Assembly (NCBI GenBank): GCA_054661495.1
Contig: BAAFSQ010000351.1
Location: forward strand, 1-9,179
Source: Zygophlyctis sp. KS116
Lineage: Eukaryota > Fungi > Chytridiomycota
Length of the DNA: 9,179 nt
Reading direction: 5' to 3'
The translations under genes and the position numbers were made by a program. Positions 1 through 7,982 of the stretch are shown here, piece after piece. The notes below the pieces were generated by a model. That model saw nothing but the letters and a program-made list of their open reading frames with translations. It ran no database searches and was not told the origin of the DNA. Position 1 is the stretch's first letter; each line of letters begins with the position of its first letter.

Positions 1-178
1 AATGAGTAGTAGCTCTAGTCTTAGATCAAAAACGATTTATTTTTGGAATGAGTAGTAGCTGTAGTCTTAGATCAAAAACGATTTATTTTTGGAATGAGTA
101 GTAGCTCTAGTCTTAGATCAAAAACGATTTATTTTTGGAATGAGTAGTAGCTGTAGTCTTAGATCAAAAGGATTTATT
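1..178. repeat. 46-bp tandem repeat (minisatellite), about 3.9 copies visible, truncated by the window start
   Basis: Unit AATGAGTAGTAGCT[C/G]TAGTCTTAGATCAAAAACGATTTATTTTTGG at 1-46, 47-92, 93-138 and partially at 139-178. The full units differ only at unit position 15 (C,G,C,G). Confidence 0.97.
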
Positions 179-184
179 AGGGTA

Positions 185-485
185 TTTCTAAATGGATAGG
201 TGAAGAAGCATCACTAAGATGAAACTGATATATTGGATGAGCTTTTGGCGGAGACGTTTTATAATACTGGTATTCCATTCAGGTTTGCTGACAGTCCAAG
301 TCTAAAAGACTTTCGTAAAAGACTAAGACCAGCCTATTCTCCTCCATCAGCAAAGCAAGTAGCTGGCTCTTTGTTGAACAGAGCACATTTAAAGTTACAG
401 AATGATCTCAATGTCGTAATTAACGATTTGTTTTATCTGATACAAATTTTCCATTAAGAAAAGAACCCCATTTTTCTATTCAGGC
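185..485 (+). pseudogene. hAT transposase fragment (hAT-1; DUF659-like subfamily, post-BED region)
   Basis: ORF 233-457 LDELLAETFYNTGIPFRFADSPSLKDFRKRLRPAYSPPSAKQVAGSLL matches the hAT 'FY..GIPF...........LRP.Y.PPS' segment. It aligns with hAT-3 in this window (LDEAIAKSFYDTGVPF..ADNHAFRAGISLFRPSYTPPSAKLIANGLL). It is truncated before the first catalytic Asp. Confidence 0.85.
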
Positions 486-836
486 CAACGTTTCAATAAG
501 TTTTGACCATTCAATATAGTTTTCTTGTCCTCTAAGTTTGGATCTATTCTTTGTATCATCACTAGTCATCTTAAGCAATTTGAGACTCTTAATCAGTTAA
601 AATCTAATGTGATCAGTTCAAAATAAACCCACATTCGGTTTCTTTCTTTACTTAAACACCTAAAAACTTCTAATTTTAACTGTTCCAGTTAAAATTTGAC
701 TTTCTTGAAGTGTGGATGTGAACTGCTAGGATTTAGATCTAACCGATCAGGTAATAAAGTTGTTAAAAAGATAAACTAAGTTTATCTGAGTAATCTAACC
801 CATCAGAATTTAATTGATTAAGAGTCTCACTGCACA

Positions 837-1345
837 ATGACAACTGAAACGCCTAAAAATAAGCTTATCTTAAAAGGCCGTGAAAACTATCTAGAATGGT
901 CAAAAAGATTCGAGGCGATGACTATAGTTGAAGATTGGGGTACTTTCGCAAATGGAAGATATATTCCAGCTTCAGATGGAAAGGAAAAAGAAGCCAAGAG
1001 ATGGGTGATTATGAACTTTTGTGATAAAGCTATCAGACCTAATACACCGTCTGCGCCACTTCAAAATCTTCTAGAAAAACTGAATGAAGTATTTGGGTAT
1101 GAGTATTTTCACCCTACGATTCAAAAGCAATCAATACTTACCTTTATCGAATTTCCGGTTGCTAAGGAGGGTCTAACCCTAAGATTAGGGATTTTTGGGC
1201 ACCGATTTGAGGCAAGATTAATGAACTTGAAGAGATTGAGTGGATTTATGTTAACGTAAAGAAATTGATTTACAAATATTGGCAGGCTCACAGAAATAAG
1301 AATATTCGAGTAGATTCTCCCCCTTTGCACCAGTACAAAAATTAG
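837..1345 (+). pseudogene. Ty1/copia-type gag N-terminal fragment
   Basis: ORF 837-1259 begins MTTETPKNKLILKGRENYLEWSKRFEA, the 'L.G.eNY..W' start typical of copia Gag. A plausible continuation lies in another frame (DFWAPI*GKINELEEIEWIYVNVKKLIYKYW, stop ending at 1345). No zinc knuckle or protease follows. Confidence 0.65.
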
Positions 1346-1359
1346 CTAAAGCATTTAAT

Positions 1360-2468
1360 GCACAAGGTTCTACTTTAAATAACCATTATTGTGAAACAGA
1401 TAAATCGATGCCTTTCGTGCGAATGAGCTACCGTTGGTTTTTGGAAGAATCTTGATAAATACGAAAATGCGTACTGAATGTCAGGCCGTGTGGTTTTGGG
1501 GTTTCTTACTTCCCCTGTAAATCCTTTGATAATCGTTGTTGCTACCTTCTTTGATTCATCAATTTCAAACAATAAAGCCTTATCGGAAATATACTGACTT
1601 TGACAATGTCGTCTTCTGTTTCATAAACCTTGAATGCTAATATTTCATCTAGCGGTCCTTTTTTTATCTTAACGATTGATTCATATACGTTTCCAAACTC
1701 GATTATATCCTTGTCATGCCTTCTATCATCCACATAAATTGCGCACATACTAAATGCGTTATTTTCATTTTTATAAAATTTAGATGGCTCATACTCATTA
1801 AGTCTGTATCTATATATCAGTTAAACGCTTATAAGTAGCTTGTTCGATAAAGCTCCAGATTGTTTCAATCCGTAGAGAGCCTTTTTCAATAGTAGACCCT
1901 TCCCCTTTGTGTTATCACACTCGTGTCCTTCAGGAACTTCAATGAATATTTCCTTGTCCAATTTTGAATAAAGATAAGTATTGCTTACGTCGTATTTTCG
2001 GAGCATTAGTCCAACTGACACGCTAATTGAAATTAAAATTCGCATTCCAATTATTGAAATAAGTTTCCTCATAATCCATACTATCTCGTTGCGTATATCC
2101 CTTAGCAACTAGTCAAACTTGCATTTCACGGTTTTGCTCCCTTGCGGTAAATCCTGTACTTCTCCAAATGTGCCGTTTCTTGTTAGAGCTTCCAATTCTT
2201 CCTGAATTGCAAGTTCCCATTTCTTTGATTTATCACTACGCAACGCTTCCACAAAAGTTTCAGGACCCTGCACTAATGTTGTCTCACCCGATGCTAGGTT
2301 TGCTTGATATCCTCTGGTTGTCCGCTCATCCAAGTTTCCTATCATGTTTGTTTCTTCCACATTTATATAATGCTTTGCATATCTGTCGTATTGTATTCTT
2401 GAATTTGAGTTTTCAGTATTAACTTCCAATGCCTGAATTTGAAGTCTGGCATTCGTCTCCATCATCAT
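1360..2468 (-). pseudogene. Ty1/copia reverse transcriptase (RVT_2-type) relic with frameshifts and deletions
   Basis: Copia RT motifs occur in order across frames: PETFVEAL...KWELAIQEELEALTRNGTF; LVAKGYTQRDSMDYEETY; YDVSNTYLYSKLDKEIFIEVPEG; LKKALYGLKQSG; IYVDD; TRPDIQYAFSYLSRFFQKPT. Confidence 0.93.
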
Positions 2469-2659
2469 ATTCTTAAAGTCAGAAATTATTAATTACATTA
2501 ATCCCTCTCGCCACTCTCTCTTGAGCCATATGGATAATTTTTGTGAGTCACAGTACGTGAAAAATTTGCACAGTGACCTAGTCAGGACTGGTTTAAGGGT
2601 TGTTAATTTATTCACTAAATAATTTATCAATTTCTTTCATGACATCACTTGGTAAGATA

Positions 2660-3683
2660 AATTAGAGGATGCGTATACAAATGGTCAATCTCACTAAACT
2701 TGGATTGTTTTTTAGATGTAAAGCCTCAACAACATACGATTGGATAGAAATAATCTTAACACACAATTTGCCACTGTCGTATGTTGATGTAAAGGCTTTT
2801 GCTATAAATGGTTTGTCCAACCATCCCCCATCACACCTTTGTCTTTGCATTTTTGTTTCATCAATCGTCGTATTTTTGGAGATTTTCAGATTTTTCTTAT
2901 TATACATGACAGACAAGATAATGCGCTAACAATTTCATCAATACCATCAGAATCGATATAAATACCGTGTCTATTGCTCTGTACAGTTTTTAAAAATAGC
3001 CTGGGCAGCAAAATTAATTACGTGGGGGAAACATTCGTTTTGATTCCAAACAGCAGTGAATCCTGAATCTGGATACTTGTCCTCATAATAATTTTTCAAA
3101 TGTAGCACCATGGTCGAGTTGTTGTATGCATTATCAACTGTAACTCCAAGCAGGTTATCAGCGATTTCAAATTGTTCCAAAACTGCAATGACAGCTTCCT
3201 CTAAAGACTTTCCATCATGCTCTCCTTCAAGAAATTTCAATATAATGAATAGTGTTTCTAAGGAGTGAGTGTTGATTTTTTGAAGTCCATACATCAAGGG
3301 TTATAGTAGTCCGCCTTGAGGGAAGTGATGTGTCATATCTTAGATATGTCACAAATTTCTTGAAAGATGAATTATCAACGATAGAAAATGGCAAGTCTAT
3401 CTTGAATATCAAGATAGTTTCATTAAAGTTTCTTCGCTAAAAGCCTTGGTCATTTCTCTTCTGTAAAAATACCCTTGGGACACCTTCACCACTCCTTTTG
3501 AAAGTAACTCCGATGTTTTGCTCGAAGATGCTTCAAACAACTGCTAGAGGAAGGACCTTGGAAACCATTATCACAGTACTTGCAATTGAAATGTAGTATT
3601 ATTTAACCCTTTTCACATTTCTTCATTGTTTTTATATAATGAATAGGGACTTCAGTTACTTCACAAACTTCATTTCTTTCCAT
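2660..3683 (-). pseudogene. hAT transposase relic (hAT-2; Ac-like, BED finger plus first two catalytic Asp and CxxH)
   Basis: Candidate ATG at 3683. BED finger LHFNCKYC...CLKHLRAKH (about 3510-3598); DLPFSIVDNSSFKKFV...PSRRT; ITLDVWTS; GEHDGKSL; GVTVDNAYNN; CFPHVINFAAQ; IRKI*KSPK. The C-terminal part is heavily eroded. Confidence 0.9.
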
Positions 3684-3719
3684 TTTTAACTTTGGTGAAT
3701 GTGTGAGTGTGGGTAGGTC

Positions 3720-3746
3720 ACCCGCTAACCCAAGGGTTTAGCGGGT
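3720..3746. repeat. Inverted repeat ACCCGCTAA-CCC-AA-GGG-T-TTAGCGGGT, probable hAT-2 5' subterminal motif pair
   Basis: Perfect 9-bp arms at 3720-3728 and 3738-3746 plus an inner CCC/GGG. It is a GC-rich island about 40 bp upstream of the hAT-2 start codon. The functional role is inferred. Confidence 0.55.
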
Positions 3747-3779
3747 TACTCCCAAAGACTCATTATTAGGGTTCGCTTT

Positions 3780-4860
3780 AATACAGTATACTGAAAAAAC
3801 TATCATTAACCAGAATATCATTATGAATCATCCCGTTTCCGCCAGCAGTCTTTGGATCCAAATAGTAATCAAATGCCATAGAAGAAGTATGCAGAAATTC
3901 CCATATTTCATTGACTAACCGAAGAATCTCCGGATAATTTTGATATTCTTTAAACATTTCTAAAAAAGAGAGGTAAATATCGGAAAGATTTGAATTATTC
4001 GATTAGAATTTCTGTCGTCACTGTAAATGGGCAAATTACAAATATCCTTTGCTGGTAGATTAAGTGAATGTGCTCCACATTCAATCCTTATCAATCCTGG
4101 ATATTTTTTTTCCAGTATATCCCAAGCCATTCTCATGTTAGAAGCGTTGTCTGTTACAACAGAGAAAACTGTCTCTAAACCTTACTTTGTCAATAAAAAG
4201 ATTGCTTGCCGATTTCTAATATTTGTTTTTCAATTCCATGTGCAATTTCAACACCAGTTTGAGAAGTTTCACCGGTTTCTACAGCATCTATTTAGATAGG
4301 CTTTAATTTTGGAGTAACATCCACGTAGTTAACCATTTTTTCAGCCCTTTGATTTGAGCAGCCATCGCTAACAAGGCTGATATAATTGGCACTCTTTATA
4401 AATTCATTCACTTCCGATGCCAATTTTTCATGTGCTTGTTTTAGAAGTCCGTTGGCGATGAGCTTAGCAGATGGAGGCGTATAGGATGGTCTAAATAATG
4501 AGATACCGGCCCGGAATGCATGATTGTCTGCATTTCAAACGGTACACCGGTATCATAGAAACTCTTTGCTATGGCTTCATCCAGTACTCTTGTTAAATTT
4601 TCGTCCGTTTGGCTAACCCAATTGACCAATCTTGATTGTGATAGCTGCGGAGAGGCAGATTATGATCGGGTAACATCCAATGTATACAGTATTAACTTTC
4701 TGTTTTTTAGAAGGCAGCTTCTTTAAGAGATTCGCTGGAGAATCGTCACATGAAGTTTTAAAATGAGAAACCTTTCTGTCTCTTTAGTAATGTTAGGAGC
4801 GTACCTATCTTTATTTGGTGGTAATTTTAGTGCACATTATTTGCAATAGATTCTCATAAA
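3780..4860 (-). pseudogene. hAT transposase relic (hAT-3; DUF659-like subfamily)
   Basis: BED remnant IYCK*C...SHFKTSC; FYDTGVPF..RPSYTPPSAK; ISLVSDGCSN (DGW-like first Asp); VVTDNASNM; ECGAHSLNL (CxxH). After an internal deletion it resumes with SNLSDIY...IWEFLHTSSMAFDYYLDPK. Confidence 0.92.
4181..4209 (-). other. Putative 29-nt spliceosomal intron (GC-AG or decayed GT-AG) in hAT-3
   Basis: Minus strand ATCG|GCAAGCAATCTTTTTATTGACAAAGTAAG|GTTTAGAG. Removal joins QILEIG to LETVFSVVTDNASNM in frame. It contains the branch-like motif TTGAC. Confidence 0.65.
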
Positions 4861-4864
4861 CTTA

Positions 4865-4903
4865 GATTATGTCACAACCTAACCCTCAAACATCACCCAC
4901 ACC
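4865..4903 (-). other. Degenerate polypurine tract and start of the gypsy-1 3' LTR
   Basis: Just after the chromodomain the minus strand reads TCTT-GGTGTGGGTGA-TGTTTGAGGG. This is a G-rich tract (4903-4893) followed by TG at 4892. hAT-3 coding sequence starts about 30 bp later. Confidence 0.5.
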
Positions 4904-4934
4904 AAGACGTTGACCATCATTTTGTCTTTCATAG

Positions 4935-5080
4935 CCCACGCTTTCCAATATTTGAAATACCTCCATCAAAATCAGTAGCAGAGATCCATTAAGACTCATT
5001 CACGCCCTTGAACTTAACCACATACTTATACGCTCCAGTTGGCAATTTTTTATGATCAAGTATCTTCTTCACATAATAAG
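4935..5080 (-). pseudogene. Chromodomain of the gypsy-1 integrase
   Basis: YYVKKILDHKKLPTGAYKYVVKFKGVNES*WISATDFD..I/KYWK. Confidence 0.85.
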
Positions 5081-5099
5081 AAGGTGTATTGTCTGGCTT

Positions 5100-6050
5100 A
5101 AACTCAGCTTGATCAACTTAGGAGGGAACCGAGAAGCTAACACCGATCTTCTAGTACATATGCATTACCCCTTGTTTTACGTACAACTTTAAACGGCCCT
5201 TGATTTTGTTTGACCCACTTAGACTTTTCAACATCATCTTTCACACAAACAATGGCTCCTTCAGAAATATCATCAACAATTTTATGTGTAGAATTAAAGG
5301 TCGCTGCTTGTTTCTCCTTCAACTTAACTACCCTTTCTGCTATAATAGGATAGATCAACTTCTGCATTTTCTCAATGTTCTCTTGCCATCTTGAGAGATC
5401 AAAGTTCGCATCTGCGGCAACAGGCTCTTTAAAAATTCGCAATGCATGCCAAAACATCAAACTTAATGCTGCACTTCCTGTTCTCGATGAAATGCGATTG
5501 TTGTATGCAAGCTGAACAACGGAACCCATGGTACCCACTCATGTATAGCTCCATTTAGCACCTTCTTAAAAATTTGTTGAATGTCGAAATTCTTTCTCTC
5601 AACAATTTGCACGCGGATGATATGAGGCAATTAGACGATGATCGATCCCATGCAACTCCACAAATGCCTTGATCACTTAATTGACAAACTCTGTCCCATT
5701 GTCAATCTGTATTATCGTGGGTAATCCCAGAAAGGCAAAAATCTCCCACAAAGCTCTTTCCACAGAATATTCATCCTTATTCTTCAATACTTTTAACACC
5801 ATATAATCCGTGGCTATGTCAGCCATGACCAACCGATACTTCTCATGCATCGGCGTTTCAGGCATCTCCTTAAGATCAATTGCTACATGATCCATTAGTA
5901 GTTTTGCTGTAATCGGCGTCAACGGATGAAATCCTTCTCTTATCAAATTAACTCTTTGACAAATTTCACACGAGTGGATGAACTTATCTATGCCTTGTCT
6001 CATACCACTCCAGAAATATCAATCTTTGAGCAATTAAGTATAGACGTGAG
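5100..6050 (-). pseudogene. gypsy-1 integrase (zinc-binding CxxC, rve core, GPY/F motif)
   Basis: YFWSGMRQGIDKFIHSCEICQR; DHVAIDL; IIQIDNGTEFVN*VI; HRLIASYHPRAN; VQLAYNNRIS; GPFKVVRKTRGNAYVLED. Confidence 0.95.
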
Positions 6051-6055
6051 CGACG

Positions 6056-6709
6056 GCCGTGATATGAGAGAATAATCCTTAATATAAGATCGATAGTCAT
6101 TTGCAGCGCCAAGAAAACGCATAACCCCTTTCTTTACCTTTAGTGGGTGAAGGCCAGTTTACAAGTTCCTGCACTTTTTCATCAACCATCGAAACACCTT
6201 CCGGACCTAGGCAATGGCCCAGTAGTATAATTTTAATACATGCTATCCTTGATTTCTTTTTGTTCACAATGATTTTAAATTGAGTGAGTCGTTTTATCAA
6301 CGCCACTGCTGTAACAACTGCTTTTTCATAAGAATAAGATCCAAAACTAAAATCGTCTATGTAGGCTCTAACATTGGACAACGTCCTGGCAATGTCCTCT
6401 TCCACCCTTTGGAAAATAGAAGTCATCGGTTTTGCACCGAACATTGCAACCTTAAATTAATACATCATTGAGTCAAATTGGAAGCATATAGGGTCACAGT
6501 CAATTTTTGATCTCCTTGAATCTTTAAAACTATATTGACCAACCACATTGATAATTTCAGGGATCGTTGGCAGAGGAAACTCCGTGTCCTTGTTCAAAGG
6601 TCTCAGGTCAACACAAACTCTGATCCCTTCTTTCTTTCCTGATTCATCTTTTTTATCTACCACTATCAGTGAATAACAGAGTGATTGGTGCCGTTCTCTC
6701 AACAATCAC
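6056..6709 (-). pseudogene. gypsy-1 reverse transcriptase core (part downstream of the hAT-4 insertion)
   Basis: IVVDKKD...IRVCVDLRPLN; FPLPTIPEI; MFGAKPMTSIFQR; AYIDD; LLGH; WPSP; RFLGAANDYRSYIKDYS. Confidence 0.95.
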
Positions 6710-6732
6710 TGATTGTTGAGAGAACGGCACCA
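6686..6732. repeat. Perfect palindrome with 23-bp arms and a 1-nt centre
   Basis: TGGTGCCGTTCTCTCAACAATCA-C-TGATTGTTGAGAGAACGGCACCA, checked base by base; the centre is at 6709. Confidence 0.98.
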
Positions 6733-6785
6733 CCATCAAATCTTCAAAATCCTTTGTATCAAAAATCGAAAATGGCAAGTTTTGT

Positions 6786-6811
6786 CTGTATGTTTATTTG
6801 AAATGATTCAC
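6786..6811 (-). other. Putative 26-nt GT-AG spliceosomal intron in hAT-4
   Basis: Minus strand GTCAG|GTGAATCATTTCAAATAAACATACAG|ACAAAACTTGCCA. Removal gives in-frame MGYLMKLIVRQNLPFSIFD, collinear with hAT-2 LIFKIDLPFSIVD. Confidence 0.7.
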
Positions 6812-7189
6812 CTGACGATTAACTTCATCAAATATCCCATAAAAATATCTTGATTAAAATGTTTCATCTTATTTTTTTCAAAAAACTTGCGAATCGGTTT
6901 TGGCTTTTCTGTATTCACCAACTCTGGACAACGACTTGGGTGCATAAAAGATCTAAACAAAAAATTGGCATTCCTAGTCGTATTGTAAAAGAACTGTTCG
7001 ATGGACCCGCAAAAGATTTAGGACAATAGTTGCATTGGAAATGAAGAGAAGGAGACCCTTTCTTTTTTCCTTTCTTAACAGATGCCATCACTTTTGTGCA
7101 GTGAGAATTCACCAATGAAGAAATATTCTGTTCTAATTCTTCTCCACAACTGATTTGTTCATCATCACTCATTTTTTTAGGTTTTACAG

Positions 7190-7315
7190 GTGATTATGAT
7201 TAATGTGATTAAAAGTGATTAAACGTGATTAATTAAGAAATCTCATAATCTAATCATAATGATAATCATAATCTCTTGTTAATCATGATTAAGTGATTAT
7301 GATTATGGTGATTGA
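7190..7315. repeat. hAT-4 subterminal repeat array (TGATTA/TAATCA)
   Basis: TGATTA at 7191, 7197, 7206, 7216, 7226, 7286, 7294 and 7300; TAATCA at 7251, 7263 and 7280. All lie between the terminus (7324) and the ATG (7172). Confidence 0.88.
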
Positions 7316-7324
7316 CCATCCTTA

Positions 7325-7800
7325 ACAATCACTCCTTTCTTTGCCCATTCCTGCACAACTTTAGCGACCTCAGCATGATCAGAGTGTTTTTTCTCGGCTT
7401 TTAACTCCACATGAAATACCGCAAGTGCAATACTTGCGTTCTCTTGAAACGCTTCAACTACTCTCGGATCATAAATACTATCAGAATCATCGTTTGGCTC
7501 TTCCAGATCTTGTGCAACAGGTCGCTGTTACACCTTGAGGCTTAACTGGCACTCCTGATAATGCATAGTTGAGTCTCTTGAAATCCGGCAAACCGATGAT
7601 CACATCGTCAGTAGCTTGATCTAAGATTTCAAAAGTCATAACAATTGTTTTATCGCCATTGCGCACTGTCGCTGAAACAGTTTCAATCCTGCCCCTTCGC
7701 AAGCCTTGGTGATTGATCCACCCCGTTGTCTCAGGGTGCACCTCCCAATTATGCTTCTGAAAATCAATGAGACATTCCCGCCTGAGTTCACTAGGGCTAG
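7325..7800 (-). pseudogene. gypsy-1 aspartic protease and RT N-terminus
   Basis: LALVNSGGNVSLI (DSG motif with D>N, about 7762-7800); FEILDQATDDVIIGLPDF; EVAKVVQEWAKKGVIV. Confidence 0.85.
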
Positions 7801-7982
7801 TGCAGGAACCCAGTCACTTCAACGGGAGTATATAACTCAATTCTTGGCGTTTTGGGTTCACAAGGTGTAAAATCCTTGGGGGCAAGGGTGGTGGAGGATG
7901 ACGAGAACATCTCATCCAATTTATCCTCTATTGCTTGGATTCCTGCATTGACAACTACTGACGAAGATTTTGGAGATGTTTG

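Larger units (their letters stand above)
6733..7324 (-). mobile_element. 5' portion of a hAT element (hAT-4, related to hAT-2) inserted in the gypsy-1 RT; 8-bp TSD ACAATCAC at 6702-6709 and 7325-7332
   Basis: The minus-strand terminus TAAGGATGGTCAATC starts at 7324. ATG at 7172, then BED finger LHFQCNYCPKSFAGPSNSS...HPSRCPEL, then LMKLIVR/QNLPFSIFDTKDFEDLM. The gypsy RT reads EWAKKGVIV on one side and resumes VIVER on the other. The matching 3' TIR is missing. Confidence 0.9.

Noticed and set aside
1-178. CRISPR array
   Set aside because: The units are head-to-tail with no unique spacers, there are no cas genes and the context is eukaryotic.
486-836. Copia 5' LTR and primer-binding site upstream of gag; loose ATCTAA..ATCAG motif seen three times
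   Set aside because: The position fits, but I cannot identify TG...CA ends, a second LTR copy or a tRNA-complementary PBS.
1173-1190. Telomere-like CTAACCCTAA-GA-TTAGGG head-to-head motif
   Set aside because: Only one or two units per side, which is expected by chance; it is not an interstitial telomere array.
2548-2577. CACAGTG (RSS heptamer or Transib-like end) inside an imperfect inverted repeat
   Set aside because: No nonamer at 12 or 23 bp spacing, no partner terminus and no Transib/RAG coding sequence.
3784-3793. 10-bp palindrome CAGTATACTG near the hAT-2/hAT-3 junction as a second hairpin footprint
   Set aside because: It is too short to exclude chance, and no TSD or TIR can be anchored to it.
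4989-6040. Alternative genetic code (TAA=Gln), suggested by EFVN*VI, VYT*LL and NES*W
   Set aside because: Other TAA stops fall at non-Gln sites (CK*C, KPI*ID), TGA stops also occur, and Gln is mostly CAA/CAG. Pseudogene decay explains the pattern.
6056-6709. Prokaryotic RT system (retron, DGR, group II intron) with the 6686-6732 hairpin as its ncRNA
   Set aside because: The RT is clearly Ty3/gypsy, flanked by protease and integrase, and the hairpin is a duplication of RT coding sequence at a TSD.
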